A stretch of 64,000 bases of DNA from Octopus bimaculoides (Eukaryota): positions 39,519,247 to 39,583,246 of the forward strand of contig NC_068986.1 in NCBI RefSeq assembly GCF_001194135.2, read 5' to 3'. Each line of letters opens with the position of its first letter. Positions within the stretch are counted from its first letter, which is position 1. The notes beneath the pieces were generated by a model. The model was not told the DNA's origin. It did no database searches and saw nothing but the letters and a program-made list of their open reading frames with translations. Positions 45,991 through 59,889 of this stretch are shown in pieces. The position numbers and the translations under genes were made by a program.

Positions 45991-47440
45991 GGAAGACAGA
46001 AATAGTCAATTGCTTGGACTAAAGAACTTTAGAAGTATACAGTTTTTATCTCTCGTCATTCTAAGTTCAGTTATGTTGGAGTTTCCCTTGATCTTTTCAT
46101 AATACCAGAGTTGATAAAATAAGTGCCTGTGAAACCAATAAGGGAATTTGACCTGCTAGAGAAAGCAGTCAACTTACCCTTAATTTAAACCCTACTATAA
46201 AAAAAAAGAAATGGATACATTGCATAATGTAATCTTATACATAGAATTGAAATATCTTTGATCATGTGTCTATTCAACCAGGGTCTCTATCCTAATTCTT
46301 TTTCCCATCTAAGGATGAATTATTGGAATATGTAGATATTTGACTCGTACTTTATTTTATTAATGCCAAAAGGACGAAAGAAAAAGTTTAGATTGGAAGG
46401 ATTTGAACTCAGAACATAAAGAGCCAATGTTCTAACAATTTTGTCAAACCACCATTTTCGTGATCTTTTTGAATTGATTGTTTTCATTTTGGGCCCCACA
46501 TAGCTCAACAAAGACATTACATTGTGGTCATGTTGGGGCACCACATTAAAGAGTTTGTCTAGTAAGCTGAATGAATCAACCCCAGCACTAGTTTTGTTTG
46601 AGCCTGGTACTTATTGCATAAGCCTCTCTTTGGTAAACCACTAAGTTATGGGGACATAAATACGCCCACCAACACCAGTTGTCCAACAGTGGTGGGGGAC
46701 ACACAGATGCGCGTGCGTGCGCACACACACACACATACATCTTTGCTGCAAACAGTAAGGAATTGTTGAGAGGAACTATAAACCTATAAGCTAAATATGG
46801 ATCTTCATTGTTGTTGTTTATCCCCAGAGTAGCACTTAGGTTGAAAAAAAATTCCAGCCATCATCAACTATCTTTTTCCTATATCTAAGATATTTGTCCT
46901 TCAGATAGAGTGCAGTTTCAGGGAATTTGGGTGCTATTTCTAGCATGTTACATGACAATATAGAGCAACGGTTCCCAAATGTTCTTATGCTCCACACTAC
47001 TAGAAAATGTTTGATTAATTTTTTCACCCCTTACAAAAGTAATACCACATTTAAAGATGAAAAAATCAATTTTGTAATAACTAATTTTTTTTTTTTTTTA
47101 GATTGGACAATATACAGTACCATGGAATAATTAAGTCCTTGGTGTGCTTAATAGAATAAAGCTGTTTTCAAGAATAAGATAATAATTGCTTTATTAAAAG
47201 TGAATTTAATAAAAGTATATCGATGTCTGGTTAAGAAGCCTACTTTGTAACCATGTAGTTTCATGTTCAGTCCCACAGCATGGCACCTTCAGCAAGTGCC
47301 TTCTACTATAGTCCTGAGCCAACTAATATCTTCTGAGTGAATTTAGTAAACAGAAACTGTATGGAAGTATCATATGTGTCTGTGTGTTTGAGTGGTGTGT
47401 GCATGTGTATGTATATATATATATATATGTCTGTTTGTGT

Positions 47441-47488
<48 letters not shown>

Positions 47489-47491
<3 letters not shown>

Positions 47492-48375
47492 TCTGATCAA
47501 TAAGTATCCGGATTGTTGCTATAGTAACGAAGTTAAAGCACACAGAGTGAAGCTGCTTGGCACATATTGACCTTCAACTCTGCTGTGCATGTGCAATAAG
47601 TTTTAATATTCTAACTCTCTTCCACTGTTTACAGCAGTGCTTGGAAGGAAGGAGTGTAGCATGTGATCATCACATTAACCAGGACAGAGAAAGTTGAGCA
47701 GAGAATCTGCATCAAATTTTGTCAAAAGTTTGGTGATACCTGTTCAGAGGCCTACGCAAAGTTTCCAAAAAGTTTTCACCATTCTCGACACAAGGTGATT
47801 TTGTGCAACTGAAACCTGAGTGTCTTTTTGGTTAGATGAAAGCAGTTTTAGCACAAACTTGGCAGACACGCGTCTCATACCCAAATCTTCAGTGATAATG
47901 GACTGAACTGAACCATAACTAATCTGCACATCCTCTGATAACTCACGGATGGTGATTCGACGATTTCCCCTCACAGCTGCACTCACATCTGCAATGTTTT
48001 TCTCAGTTCTGCTGGCTGCAGGTCGCCCAGAACATTTGTCTATATTGACATTTTTTTGGCCATAATGGAAACGTCTGAAGCATTCGTACACTTGTGTGCG
48101 ACTCATACACTCCTCTCCATACACTATCTGCAACCTTGCATAGGCATCTGAGCAGGTATCATTATAACAGCTTTCTTTGTCATAGTCAATGCAACAATCA
48201 CACACTACACACCTTCCTTCCAAGCACTACTGTAAAGTGGAAGTGAGCTAGAACGTTAAAACTTTGTGTGCATGCACAGCAATATTCAAGGTCAATCTGT
48301 GCCAAGTGGCTTCACTCTGCATGCTTTAGCTTTGTTACTATGGCAACAGTCCGGATACTTATTGATCAGACCTCG
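47489..48375. mobile_element. Two-headed mariner-derived element, copy 3, inserted in the (TA)n tract of a SINE A (~47215-48610)
   Basis: Same TIR and arms; the SINE 5' half lies upstream and the 3' half resumes at 48377. Confidence 0.9.
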
Positions 48376-48692
48376 TATGTGTGTGTCTGTGTGTGCATCT
48401 TTGTGTTTATGCTTGTCTCCCCCACTGCATGGCAACCAATGTTAGTTTGTTTACGTCCCTGTAACATAGCAATTTGGTAAAAGAGTCAGATAGAATGAAG
48501 GAATAAGTGTCAGACTTAAAAAATAAGTAATGGGGTCAATTTGATCAACAAAATGCTCCTAAGTGGTGCCCCAGTATAGCCACAGTCTTGTGACTGAAAC
48601 AAGTAAAAGCTAATAGAAGACAAAGATACCTCTTTGTTGCACCCTCCAAAATGCTAATTCCCAACTAGGTCTTTTGCAATACCCTTAAAGCC

Positions 48693-48904
48693 AGGTGCTG
48701 AAAAGTTCCTGGCTTTGGGTAAAAGAAAATACAGGATGATCAGTTAATTATGATTTTATTAAACGTATTCCCCTCTCAGATTCACACACTTATTGTAGTG
48801 GTCCTTCAGTTTTTCTAAACCCTGTAAAAGAACTTGGAAGGTAAGGCTGCCAGCCAGGCCTTTCGCGATACCTTTAAAGCCAGGAACTTTTCAGCACCAC
48901 CTCG
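48693..48904. mobile_element. Mariner-type MITE family 2
   Basis: TIR GGTGCTGAAAAGTTCCTGGCTTT; right end ...CTCG|TA. Confidence 0.8.
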
Positions 48905-49659
48905 TACTGTCTGTTGCTTTATAGTCGTATTCAATATCTAATGTAGTTACCTATTTCACTCTCCAGATATATAAATACCTCTACTCTTATCTTATAAAGT
49001 GTCAAAGTAATTATGAAAGCACAAAATATTTCAACACCATACTCTGTCTAACTGTTATAGAAATGTTCAAATTTGTCTAAACTATTGTATCTATCATGCC
49101 AGCACAGAATAATTGGATGTTGTTAACAATAAATAAATGCATAATTAACTAAAACTAATTAATTAATTATTTTAAGTAAATAAATAAAAAAAATCATTAA
49201 GTATTATGTTTATTTTATTATTTATGATTGCTAAATGAAACATAAAAGAGTTGATCATTAAGTTGTATTATTCCCATACATGCATGTATGTATACATACA
49301 TACATACACACACACATACATACATACATATATATATATATATATGTGCACAAACACATACATGTATTGTGGAACTAATTACTTCACATTTTGTTTAATT
49401 AACATAAACAAAAGAGTTAGTAGTTAAAACCATTTTATATTCGTGCATATTATGTACATGGTTTGTGAGTGTAATTACTTCATGTTTCACCTTTGTTTTG
49501 TCTGAAGATAATATTTCCTTAGAATTGTCACCTCCTCCTATACCTGTGCTTTTAAAATGTCTGCTTAGGCAGGCTTAAGTACCACTGAAAGCCAGGAAGA
49601 TACTGCTTTAGTTGTTTTGGATGTTAAAGCCAAAAGCAGATATAAAATAAGATTTTAAA

Positions 49660-50018
49660 GTGTACATTTGTATGCGTGCACCCAAGTCTTTCTGTATGTG
49701 TATCTGTGTGTGTGTGTGTATGAGTGTGCATGAGTGTGTATGTGTATGTGCATGTATATATGTGTATACGTGTGTATGTGTATGGGTGTGCCTGTTCATG
49801 TGTGTGTATATATGTGTGTATGTATATGTGTGTATGTGTATGTATGAGTGTGTATGTGCATGTATATATGTATACACGTGTATGTGTATGTGTGTGCATA
49901 TATGTGCGTATGTATGTGCCTGTGTATGTGTGTATATATGTGTGTGCATATATATATATATGCCTGTGTGTGAGTGTGTACGTGTTATATATATATTATA
50001 TATATGTATGTGAGTGTA

Positions 50019-50062
<44 letters not shown>

Positions 50063-50235
50063 TGTGTATGTATGAGTGCATATGAGCGTGTGTGTATGTG
50101 TGTGTGATTGTATGTGTGTATATATATGTTTGTATGTGTGTGTTTATGTGCATGTGTGAGCCTGTGCATGAGTGTGTGCGTATGTTTATGTATGTGTGTG
50201 TGTGTGTGTGTGTGTACCTGAGTGTAAGTGTATGA
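49660..50235. repeat. ~570-bp degenerate (TG)/(TA) dinucleotide tract
   Basis: Alternating purine-pyrimidine low complexity; source of several spurious ORFs. Confidence 0.95.
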
Positions 50236-50429
50236 CAATTTATAAATACATGGTCATACACACAAATATAACCAACGTTCCTAATGAAAATAGATAAGAA
50301 AACAACTAATGTTGAGTAATTAAGCATTAGCCATGGTTTTATCTTTATATAAAGAGTATAAGATTTAAAGAATTGGTGCCAAAATCTCTTTAGAACAATA
50401 ACATCTTATGTAGAAGTGACTGGAAAGAC

Positions 50430-51665
50430 CAAAACTCTGATAATGTCACATGGCATCTAAGCAGTGTTGGTAGTTATGATGCCAATTCTTGGGAACAAAG
50501 AAAGCGAGAGAAAGAATTCAGCTCAATGGTATCTTATTTTGGCATTTCATAATGGTGTGTTCAAACCAAGTTAACCCTTTAGCATTCAGACAACTCTATC
50601 AAATGTAATGCTTGCTTACTCACTTTTGAATTAATGGTGCATCATCTTGTAGCTTCAAGATTTCAATGATATGATTGTTTATTTTTTAGAATGACATTGT
50701 AGGATAGGTGTGAGAGGCTGGATCTGGCTAGTTTGAACACAAAGCAGATAGAATATTTTGGCAGGATATGGCTAGTCTAAATGCTAAATGATTAATGAAA
50801 CTCTGATAATGCCGCATGGCATCTAAGCAATGTTGATAGTTATTTTGCCAGTTCTTTGGAACAAGAAAGATACAGAAAGAATTTGGCATAATGGTATCTT
50901 AGTTTGGCAGGTCAGTCAAGTTAACCCTTTAGCATTCAAATTACTCTGTTAAATGTAATGCTTATCTGTTCACGTTATTTTGAATTAATCATGCTTTGTC
51001 TTGTAGCTTTGAAGATTGCAATGATGTGAGTGTATATGTTTTAGAATGACATTGTAGAGTTGGCATGAAAGGCTGGATCTGGCCATTTTGAATATAAAAC
51101 AAGCAGAATATTTTGGCAGGATCTGGCTAGTTTAAATACTAAAGGATTAATGTCACAGGATATCTAAGCAGTGTTGATAGTTATGATGCCAGTTCTTTGG
51201 AGCAAGAAAGATAAAGAAAGAATTTGGCATTTTATAGTGATGTGTTCAAACCTTGGTGAAGGTCAGTCAAGTTAACATATTAACATTCAGCTTACCCTGT
51301 CAAATGTAATATTTATTTATTCACATTGTTTCGAATTAACTATGCATCATCTTGTAGCTTGAAGAATTCAATGATGTCATTGTATATCTTTTAGAATGAC
51401 ATTGCATGGAAGGTGTGAGATGCTGGATCTGACCAGTTTGAACATAAACTAAGCAGAATATTTTGGTAGGATATGGCTCTGCTAAACGCTAAAGGATTAA
51501 TGGCATTCAGATGACACTTGACATATAAGTAGTGCTGATAGTTATATGATGCTAATTCTTAGGAATAATAAAGATACAGGAAGAATTTGGCACAATGTAT
51601 CTTAGTTTAGTGTTTCACAGTGGTTGTGTTGAACCTTGATGAGGTTAGTCATCAAGTTAACCTTT
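50430..51665 (+). repeat. Tandem array (~350-385-bp period, 3 full units plus a partial one), each a TTAA-flanked MITE plus a shared spacer
   Basis: MITEs at 50575-50791, 50925-51146 and 51276-51496; spacer motif (ca)tctaagcagtgttgatagttatgatgcc repeated four times; fourth TTAA-CCTTTT at 51657. Confidence 0.88.
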
Positions 51666-51838
51666 TCAATAAATTTTGAGTAAATACAATTCCCTTGAAT
51701 ATAAATTTTAGACTAGCAGTGAATAAATGATGAGATTTTTAATTACAGAACTTTTTCTTTAAATGGTTGTAATACAGAAATGAGAAAGGTTAAATGGCAA
51801 CAACAATATAAACACACATACACACACAGCTTTCCTCT

Positions 51839-51885
<47 letters not shown>

Positions 51886-53120
51886 TGAATGTCTCTTCTC
51901 ATATAAGCAAAATTTACAAACACAATATAATATGTGTATGTGTTATATATCTCTCTCTCTATATATATATACACACACACACATATATATATATATACAC
52001 ACACATACATATATATATGAATACATAAGAAACCTATTTAATAAATATATAAACAGGGCAGATTTACCAATTTCACAGCAGATTGTAAAAAATGAACAAC
52101 CTTAATCGATTTTTGAACCTTATTGGGTTCTCATCAAAGGTGTCTACATCAATTTTACCAATTCCAAAAAAACATTATATACATCATCATCATCGCTTAA
52201 TGTTCATCTTCTATGCTAGCATGAGTTGGATGGTTCGACAAGAGCTGGCCAGGCAGAAGACTGCACCAAGCTTCAGTGTCTGTTTTGGTATGTTGTTTCT
52301 TTTATGACTGGATGCCCTTCCTAATACCAACCACCTTGTAGAGTGGGCTGAATGCTTTTTACGTGGCACCAGCACAAGGAGGTCAGTCTTGGCATGGCTT
52401 TTACAAATGTCAGCCACTTTACAGTGTGGACTGGATACTTTTTACATGGCACCAGCACTGACAGAGTCACCAAGTAACCAAGGAATTTTGAGAGGAGAGG
52501 GGGCATTGGGAGAGGGGATCTTGTGTCAGATGAGGAAAGGTTAGAGTGTGACAGAGAGACAGACACAGAAACAGGTGTCTTGCTATAGAGAAGGTACATG
52601 GTTAATTGGTTAGAGAAAGAGAAAGAGTCAACAAGAAAAAGGACAGAAACAGGTGTGTGGTATGTGTTCTGACCACTTACACCAACCTACCCACTCACTA
52701 CTTCCTGTTAGGTTTAAGAGTTATAATCTCAAAATGTTTTTTTTAAACAAACAAGCATGTGTGTTTTCTGCAATAAATGGAGAAACATTGACAAATGACA
52801 ATTCTGTAAATAATAATAATAATCATCATCATCATCGTTTAACGTCCGCTTTCCATGCTAGCATGGGTTGGACGATTTGACTGAGGACTGGTGCAACCGG
52901 ATGGCTACACTGATGATAATAATAATAATAAAATATAATAATAATGAACAAAATAATAATGATAGTTAAAAAATAATAATGATTAAAAAATGATAATAAT
53001 AATAAAAGCTTATAAGTGATCACCGTGTATTGGGTAAAAAAATAGTTTAATACTGGGGCATATTAAGCCCTTGATGGAAAAAAGTAGGAGTTAGCATGCA
53101 TAGGAATTGAACCCCCCCCT

Positions 53121-53178
<58 letters not shown>

Positions 53179-53485
53179 CTCTAGTCTTTTACTTGTTTCA
53201 GTCATTGGACTGTAGCCATGCTGGGGCACAACCTTGAAGAATTTTAACTGAATGAATTGAACCTAGTACTTATTTTTAAGTTTGGTACTTGTTCTATTGG
53301 TTTTTTTTTAGCTGAATTGCTAAGTTACAGGGATGTAAACAAACCAACACCAACTGTCAAATGATTGGGGAGGAAATACGCAAACACAAAGACACACACA
53401 TATGATGAACTTCTACACAGTTACCATCGATTAAATTCAGTCGTGAGGCATTGGTTGACCTAGAGTTGTAACCGAAGACACTTAA

Positions 53486-53762
53486 CCCATTACCTGCCAG
53501 TGATCTCATATGAGATCACTTAAAAATTACAAATTTCGTAATTATCTGTCAATATTTACACATATCTAACCTTTTTGCTATATCTACTAGGTATATTTCT
53601 CTGATATTCAAATGAGGTTTGCTAATTTTTCACCCAATATCTCGCTTATTTCTATTTAAAATGTTATTTTGATCATTCCAGTGTGTTTCTAAGGCTGTTT
53701 TATGTTAGAAATCAAAGTTTCATAAAAGAATTCCAGTTAATAGAATTATGGAAGGTAATGGG
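53486..53762. mobile_element. piggyBac-like MITE family 3 nested in an antisense SINE A
   Basis: TTAA TSDs; perfect 10-bp TIR CCCATTACCT / AGGTAATGGG. Confidence 0.85.
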
Positions 53763-53822
53763 TTAACTAAGGTACTGTGCAGTGGGACTGAACCCAAAAC
53801 AGCATGGTTGCATAGCAAGCTT

Positions 53823-54045
53823 CTTATTTCTTTATTGCCCACAAGGGGCTAAACATAGAGGGGACAAACAAAGGTATTAAGTCGATTACATCGACCCCAG
53901 TGCATAACTGGTACTTAATTTATCGACCCCGAAAGGTTGAAAAGCAAAGTCAACCTCGGCAGAATTTGAACTCAGAACGTAAAGACAGACGAAATACCGC
54001 TGAGCATTTCGCCCGGCATGCTAACGTTTCTGCCAGCTCACCACC
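53823..54045 (-). mobile_element. tRNA-derived SINE family B nested in the same SINE A
   Basis: Reverse complement of 59598-59831; host gcaagcttc repeated on both sides. Confidence 0.85.
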
Positions 54046-55127
54046 TTCTTAAGCACAACGCAAGCTTCTTAACCACACAACCATGCCTACACACACACAT
54101 TGTGATGAATATTTGTGTTTGATTTGAAAAAGGAGAAAAGCGATCCAATATCTAATTCACAGATGAGGTTTTTGTTTACTGAAACAACCTTAGAAAGTCA
54201 ATAATCTAACCCTTCAGTCATTTATCTCAAAATAAATGCCGACAATGAGGCTGTTCTTTGTCTTACATTTCAAATACATTACATTTTGGAAATAGAATAT
54301 AAAATATATAACATGTTAAATACTAACTGCACTTATTTCTCAACTCAATACGAAACATAAAGCAGTAAATCATTGGCTTTTACTTCAGCTCGGAGAGCTA
54401 GAAATAGAACTTTTAATGCATGCAGGAGGAATATTTTCTTTACATCAATTTAATTGTCAATTCATCTCAAGTGACCTCCTCAAAAGGCATCAAGTATCTT
54501 AGTTGTTTTATGATTGGAGCCTTTCAAACTCTTGTTGGCATTATTATTATTATTATCATCATTATTATTATCATCATCATGATCATTATTATTATTATTA
54601 TTATTACTATTATATAATTATGAAGTGTAGCAACTATAGAACCTATTCTTTGCTATACATTTCTGTAATAACAACGCTGTAATTTTCAAGAACTTCAAGT
54701 CTCTTGTCAATTAACTGAATAGCTATATATATTATAGCAATAGATTCAAAAAAGATTGTATCGATATTGTATTTATTGTACTTCAAATTTAAAATAAACA
54801 TTATTCTTTATTATTCGAAGTGCTACTTTTCTCTATAAGTTAGATTTTCTCAATTGTTTAACAAGTAAAAGAAAAAACTGAAAACATATAAATGAATTCT
54901 TTTTATTTTTATTGTGATGTCTCATTTACTAAAATTGTCATAGTTGTCTTCATCGCTGCCATGACCAATGTCATATATATTTCCAATGAAGATATAGGTT
55001 GGATGTGGAGCATTTTCCTCTTCCAGCTATCACCGCTATCATTTTCATTTTATGTCTGTTTTATCACACCAGTATGGGTTAGGTGAATCTCTCTACTTGT
55101 CAGTCCTTCATTATTAGACATATACTA

Positions 55128-55865
55128 CAAGGGGGTGCTGAAAAGTTCCTGGCTTTGGGTAAAAGAAAATACAAGAGGATCAGTTAATTATGATTTTATT
55201 CAACATATTTCCCTTCCCAGATTCACACATTTATTGCAGTGATCCTTCAGTTTTTCTAAGCCCTGTAAAAGAACTCAGAANNNNNNNNNNNNNNNNNNNN
55301 NNNNNNNNNNNNNNNNNNNNNNNNNNNNNNNNNNNNNNNNNNNNNNNNNNNNNNNNNNNNNNNNNNNNNNNNNNNNNNNNNNNNNNNNNNNNNNNNNNNN
55401 NNNNNNNNNNNNNNNNNNNNNNNNNNNNNNNNNNNNNNNNNNNNNNNNNNNNNNNNNNNNNNNNNNNNNNNNNNNNNNNNNNNNNNNNNNNNNNNNNNNN
55501 NNNNNNNNNNNNNNNNNNNNNNNNNNNNNNNNNNNNNNNNNNNNNNNNNNNNNNNNNNNNNNNNNNNNNNNNNNNNNNNNNNNNNNNNNNNNNNNNNNNN
55601 NNNNNNNNNNNNNNNNNNNNNNNNNNNNNNNNNNNNNNNNNNNNNNNNNNNNNNNNNNNNNNNNNNNNNNNNNNNNNNNNNNNNNNNNNNNNNNNNNNNN
55701 NNNNNNNNNNNNNNNNNNNNNNNNNNNNNNNNNNNNNNNNNNNNNNNACACTTATTGCAGCAGTCCTTCAGTTTTTCTAAGCCCCACAAAAGAACTTGAA
55801 AGGTTGGGTCTCCGACCAGGCTTTCACAATACCCTTAAAGCCAGGAACTTTTCAGCACCCACTCG
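55128..55865. mobile_element. Mariner-type MITE family 2, split by an assembly gap
   Basis: TA|CAAGGGGGTGCTGAAAAG ... CTTTTCAGCACCCACTCG|TA. Confidence 0.78.
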
Positions 55866-56299
55866 TACAACAGAAAAATGAAAATTGGTCAATAGTTTTA
55901 TTGTGTATGTTCATGTTATTTTTGTCATGGTTTTACTGGTAGATACCCTTCCTATTACTTTGCAATATGAACTGGGTGTATTTCATCATGCTACCATAAC
56001 TAGTGAAGTTATCACTAACATGAGTTAAAGAAAACAGGCCCTTGTTCTCTACATTGTCTCTGTTTGTTTCTTCCTTCTTTGTTTGCATTTATAGTTTATA
56101 GTTACATTTTTTGTCAGTTAATATTCTGTTATTTAGATGATAAACTCTTGTAACTAACAATGTCCTTAAAGAGAAGTGTGAAACTATGAAAAATTACCAG
56201 TCATCATCATCACCACATGGTTCTCCTGGGATGTTGTGTTACTAAGTTTGTCAAACTCCTTTACAAATATATTTTATCATTGAGAACACTTATTCTTCT

Positions 56300-57680
56300 T
56301 CTTCTTATTGTTGTTGTTGTTGTTGTTGTTACCATTTTCTTTTAATTTGCATGTTCGTTACAATCACTTGCCGAGACATACCCAGCATCCTAGGGCAAGT
56401 GAAGGATAAGAGATATTACAGTATGATTGAAAGCTTGGGGAGGGAAAGTGGCATGGGCAGTAATGAAATATCTTCATGTAATACAACACAGACATTTAAA
56501 TTGGTAGGGTTTTTCTAAGGATGCGGGCAGTATTTGTCAGGCGCAATCTTTTGGATTTCTCTGAGACATGGTTCTCCTGGGATCTTATGTAGATATTTCA
56601 GACATCCCTCTTTTATCATACCTAGGGCATCAACAATAATAGGAACAGTTCTTGCTTTAAGATGCCACATCTTTTGTATTTCAGTAGGTCCTTATATTTA
56701 TTTAATTTGTTAAATTTCTTTACAGATATATTTTCATCAGTGGGAACACCTACATCTATTAGTCTACAAGTATTTTCTTCCCTGTCTTTAATGAATATGT
56801 CTGGTCAATTAACCTGGATTGTTCTGTCAGTGTTGACTGGAAAATCCCAGAGGATAGTGACATTTTTACTTTCAATGACTGGATCAGGATGATGTTCATA
56901 CCAGTAAGCAGCAGTGCTGATTTTATAATATTAGCATATTTTCCAATGTAAATGCTGTCCTACCCTATCGTGGAAATTTCTGTATTTGTTTGGTGCCAGT
57001 ACAAGACTTTTCAAGATAAGATAATGGTCTATTGTTTCATTAAATGTGTTGTAGAATCTGCATTTAAGGTCAGAACCGTTTTGAAGAATGTTAGCCAAGT
57101 AGTTTTTGGTAAGCAAGCTTTGATCTTGTGCCACCAATATGAAACCTTCAGTCTCTACTTTCAGTCCTGAACTTCTCAGCCATTGATGGGTTGTTGCTTA
57201 GTCTACATCAGCATTTTGGTTTCGAAGTCTATATTGTCTCTGTGGAGGCTTCTGGCTCCACCACTCCTCAATTTATTTCTGCCCATTCTTTTTTGCCGTC
57301 TGCTTGATCCATTTTACTTGTTTGGTGACAGTGGTTTCAGGTTCTTCATCTAATTCAGGGTTAATGCCAAGTTCCCATGCGAATTTGCAAGCTTCCTTGA
57401 CAATAAAATGTGATTTTTTGCAGCTTTCATGTTTGCACACAAGCCACAGCATCCAGAATTTCATGTTCATTGCTATTGTGGAGTTCTACCACAGTTCTAC
57501 CTGCATCATTTCTCTTCCTCCCTTACTTCTAGGTAGGTAAAGACGATCAACGTCTGCTTTTGGGTGGTGTATGTTCTTAGATGTTAGTAGTTTTCATGTC
57601 TTCCTGTCCAGGCATTGGAGCTCTGTGAGATTCCAGTTAATGATGTTAAAACTATCTATCTACCTACCTCCACACTAGCC
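56300..57680 (-). mobile_element. R4/Dong-like RLE non-LTR retrotransposon, 3' part, degenerate
   Basis: HPKADVDRLYLPRSKGGRG; QDQSLLTKNY..KCRF..ETIDH; HDRVGQHLHWKIC; N*PDIFIKDREENTCRLIDVGVP (PD..D endonuclease); ends in (AAC)n/(AAG)n. Confidence 0.82.
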
Positions 57681-58042
57681 AGCTCCATCATTACACATTT
57701 ACATTACACCTTCAAAACCGGAGAACCAGTTGGGGGGCTCGCTGGATCTCTCTGGCAGTGGCCTCCTCCCCCACCATACCAGCAAGCCACAAAATTGCAC
57801 CAGCCAGCATCATCAGTACCTCCATAGTCTGCAGCAGTGACAGTGACTCAGTCTAATAGTTTTCAACCACCAGCACAGAATACTTTGTTGCCTTCTTCGG
57901 GAGACACCCCCAATTCAACACAGTCAATTACAAACAGCACTCAAGCTAGTTAGCAGGACAGGAAAATTCAGAGGGAGCCTACTCCCCCAAAACATCAGGC
58001 CTTGTACATACAGTAGAAAATATGACGATCACCACCGCCACC

Positions 58043-58077
<35 letters not shown>

Positions 58078-58226
58078 TATAATGTTTAATGTTCACTTTT
58101 CTATGCTTGTATAGTAATCAATTAATAGCTAGCCGTGAAATAGAATATGTTAATACATTAGACTGCATTATTATTTTAAGAAGTAGATGTTCTTCCTGTA
58201 AGCAACTTTGTTGTCATTTTGATCAA

Positions 58227-58717
58227 TTACATTTTACACATCACCAAGTCATAGGTCAGACTATTTTTCAGGCAATCTTTCCATAGTTTGTCAGAAGATA
58301 CTACAAAATAAGCTGGAGTGATATTTAAGACGTTTAAAGTCACACCTTCACTCATAACTTCCTTTGCAGTGCCGTTTTTCTCTGTTCTTCTTTCTACTTA
58401 TTCCATCAGGACCAAGAAACTCTGCACTTCTATTTTTATCGAAACCAACCTGATTTAACCGTTAGCATTCAGATTACTCTGTTGAATATAATATTTGTTC
58501 TTATTGTTTTGAATTATCTTTTGTATTTCATTTATTTCAGTCAATAGGCTGTGGCCATGCTGGGGCACTGACTTGAAGAATTCTAGTCAAAAGAATCGAC
58601 TCCAATGCATTAAAAAAAAAATTACTGGGATGTAAACACACTACCATTGGTTGTCAAGCGATGGTGGGGACAAACACAAGGACACACACACACATATATA
58701 TATGTACATACATACAT

Positions 58718-58760
<43 letters not shown>

Positions 58761-59850
58761 CAATGGCGGGAGGACAAACACAGATATACATACAAACATA
58801 TACATACATATACGACAGGCTTTTTTCAGTTTCCATCTATCAAATCCACTCACAAGGCTTTGGTCAACCTGAGGCGTTAGTAGAAGACACTTACCCAAGG
58901 TGCCACGCAGTGGGACTGAACTCAGAACCATGTAGTTGGGAAGCTAGCTTCTTACAACACAGTCACGCCTTTATGAAGAAATATCATTGTCATCATCGTA
59001 GTTGTCATTGTGTTAATGTCCACTTTTCCATTGGTCAGATGAAATTTTCTGAGGCAGATTTTCTATGGCCAGATGCCCTTCCTGTCACCAACCCTCACCT
59101 GTTTCCAACTAAGTTAATATTTCCCCATGACCAGACATGTTTTCACAGAATATTGGAAATGAAGGACATTGCTTGTATGATGGTGATAATCATTTACAAC
59201 TATTGCATAATGTCAAGACAAAGAGACAAACATGCTTACATTTTCTTTCAGTTTCTGTCAACTAAATTCACTCATAAGGATTTGGTCAGCCTAGGGCTAT
59301 AGTAGAAGGCACTTGCCCAAGGTACAGAATAGTGGAACTGAACTACAAGACAATATGGTCCAGAAGAAAGCTTCTGAGTCACACATCCACTTCTGTGCCT
59401 GATATAGTTTTAAAAATCCTGGATATATAAGGCGCAGGAATGGCTGTGTGGTAAGAAATTTGCTTCCCAACCACATGGTTCTAGGTTCAGTCCCACTGAG
59501 TGGCACCTTGGGCTAGTGTCTTCTACAAAAGCCTTGGGCCAACCAAAGCTTTGTGAGTGGATTTGGCAGATAGAAACTGACAAGAGCCCTGACTGAAGGC
59601 GGCGAGCTGGCAGAATCGTTAGCACAGTGGGCGAAATGCTTAGCAGTATTTCGTCTGCCGTTACGTTCTGAGTTCAAATTCCGTCAAGGTCGACTTTGCC
59701 TTTTGTTCCTTTCGGGGTCAATAAATTAAGTACCAGTTACGCACTGGAGTCAATGTAATTGACTTAATCCCTTTGTCTGTCCTTGTTTGTTCCCTCTACG
59801 TTTAGCCGCTTGTGAGCAATAAAGAAATAAAAAACTGACTAGAGCCCATC

Positions 59851-59889
<39 letters not shown>

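Noticed and set aside
49608-50327. 239-aa His/Thr-rich ORF and overlapping ORFs
   Set aside because: Translation of a (CA/TA) dinucleotide tract. The same applies to ORFs at 47306-47570, 51759-52028, 58641-59302 and 62171-63078.
54900-55085. - strand frame ending DIGHGSDEDNYDNFSK*
   Set aside because: Upstream in-frame stop and only a weak acceptor; no support as a real exon.
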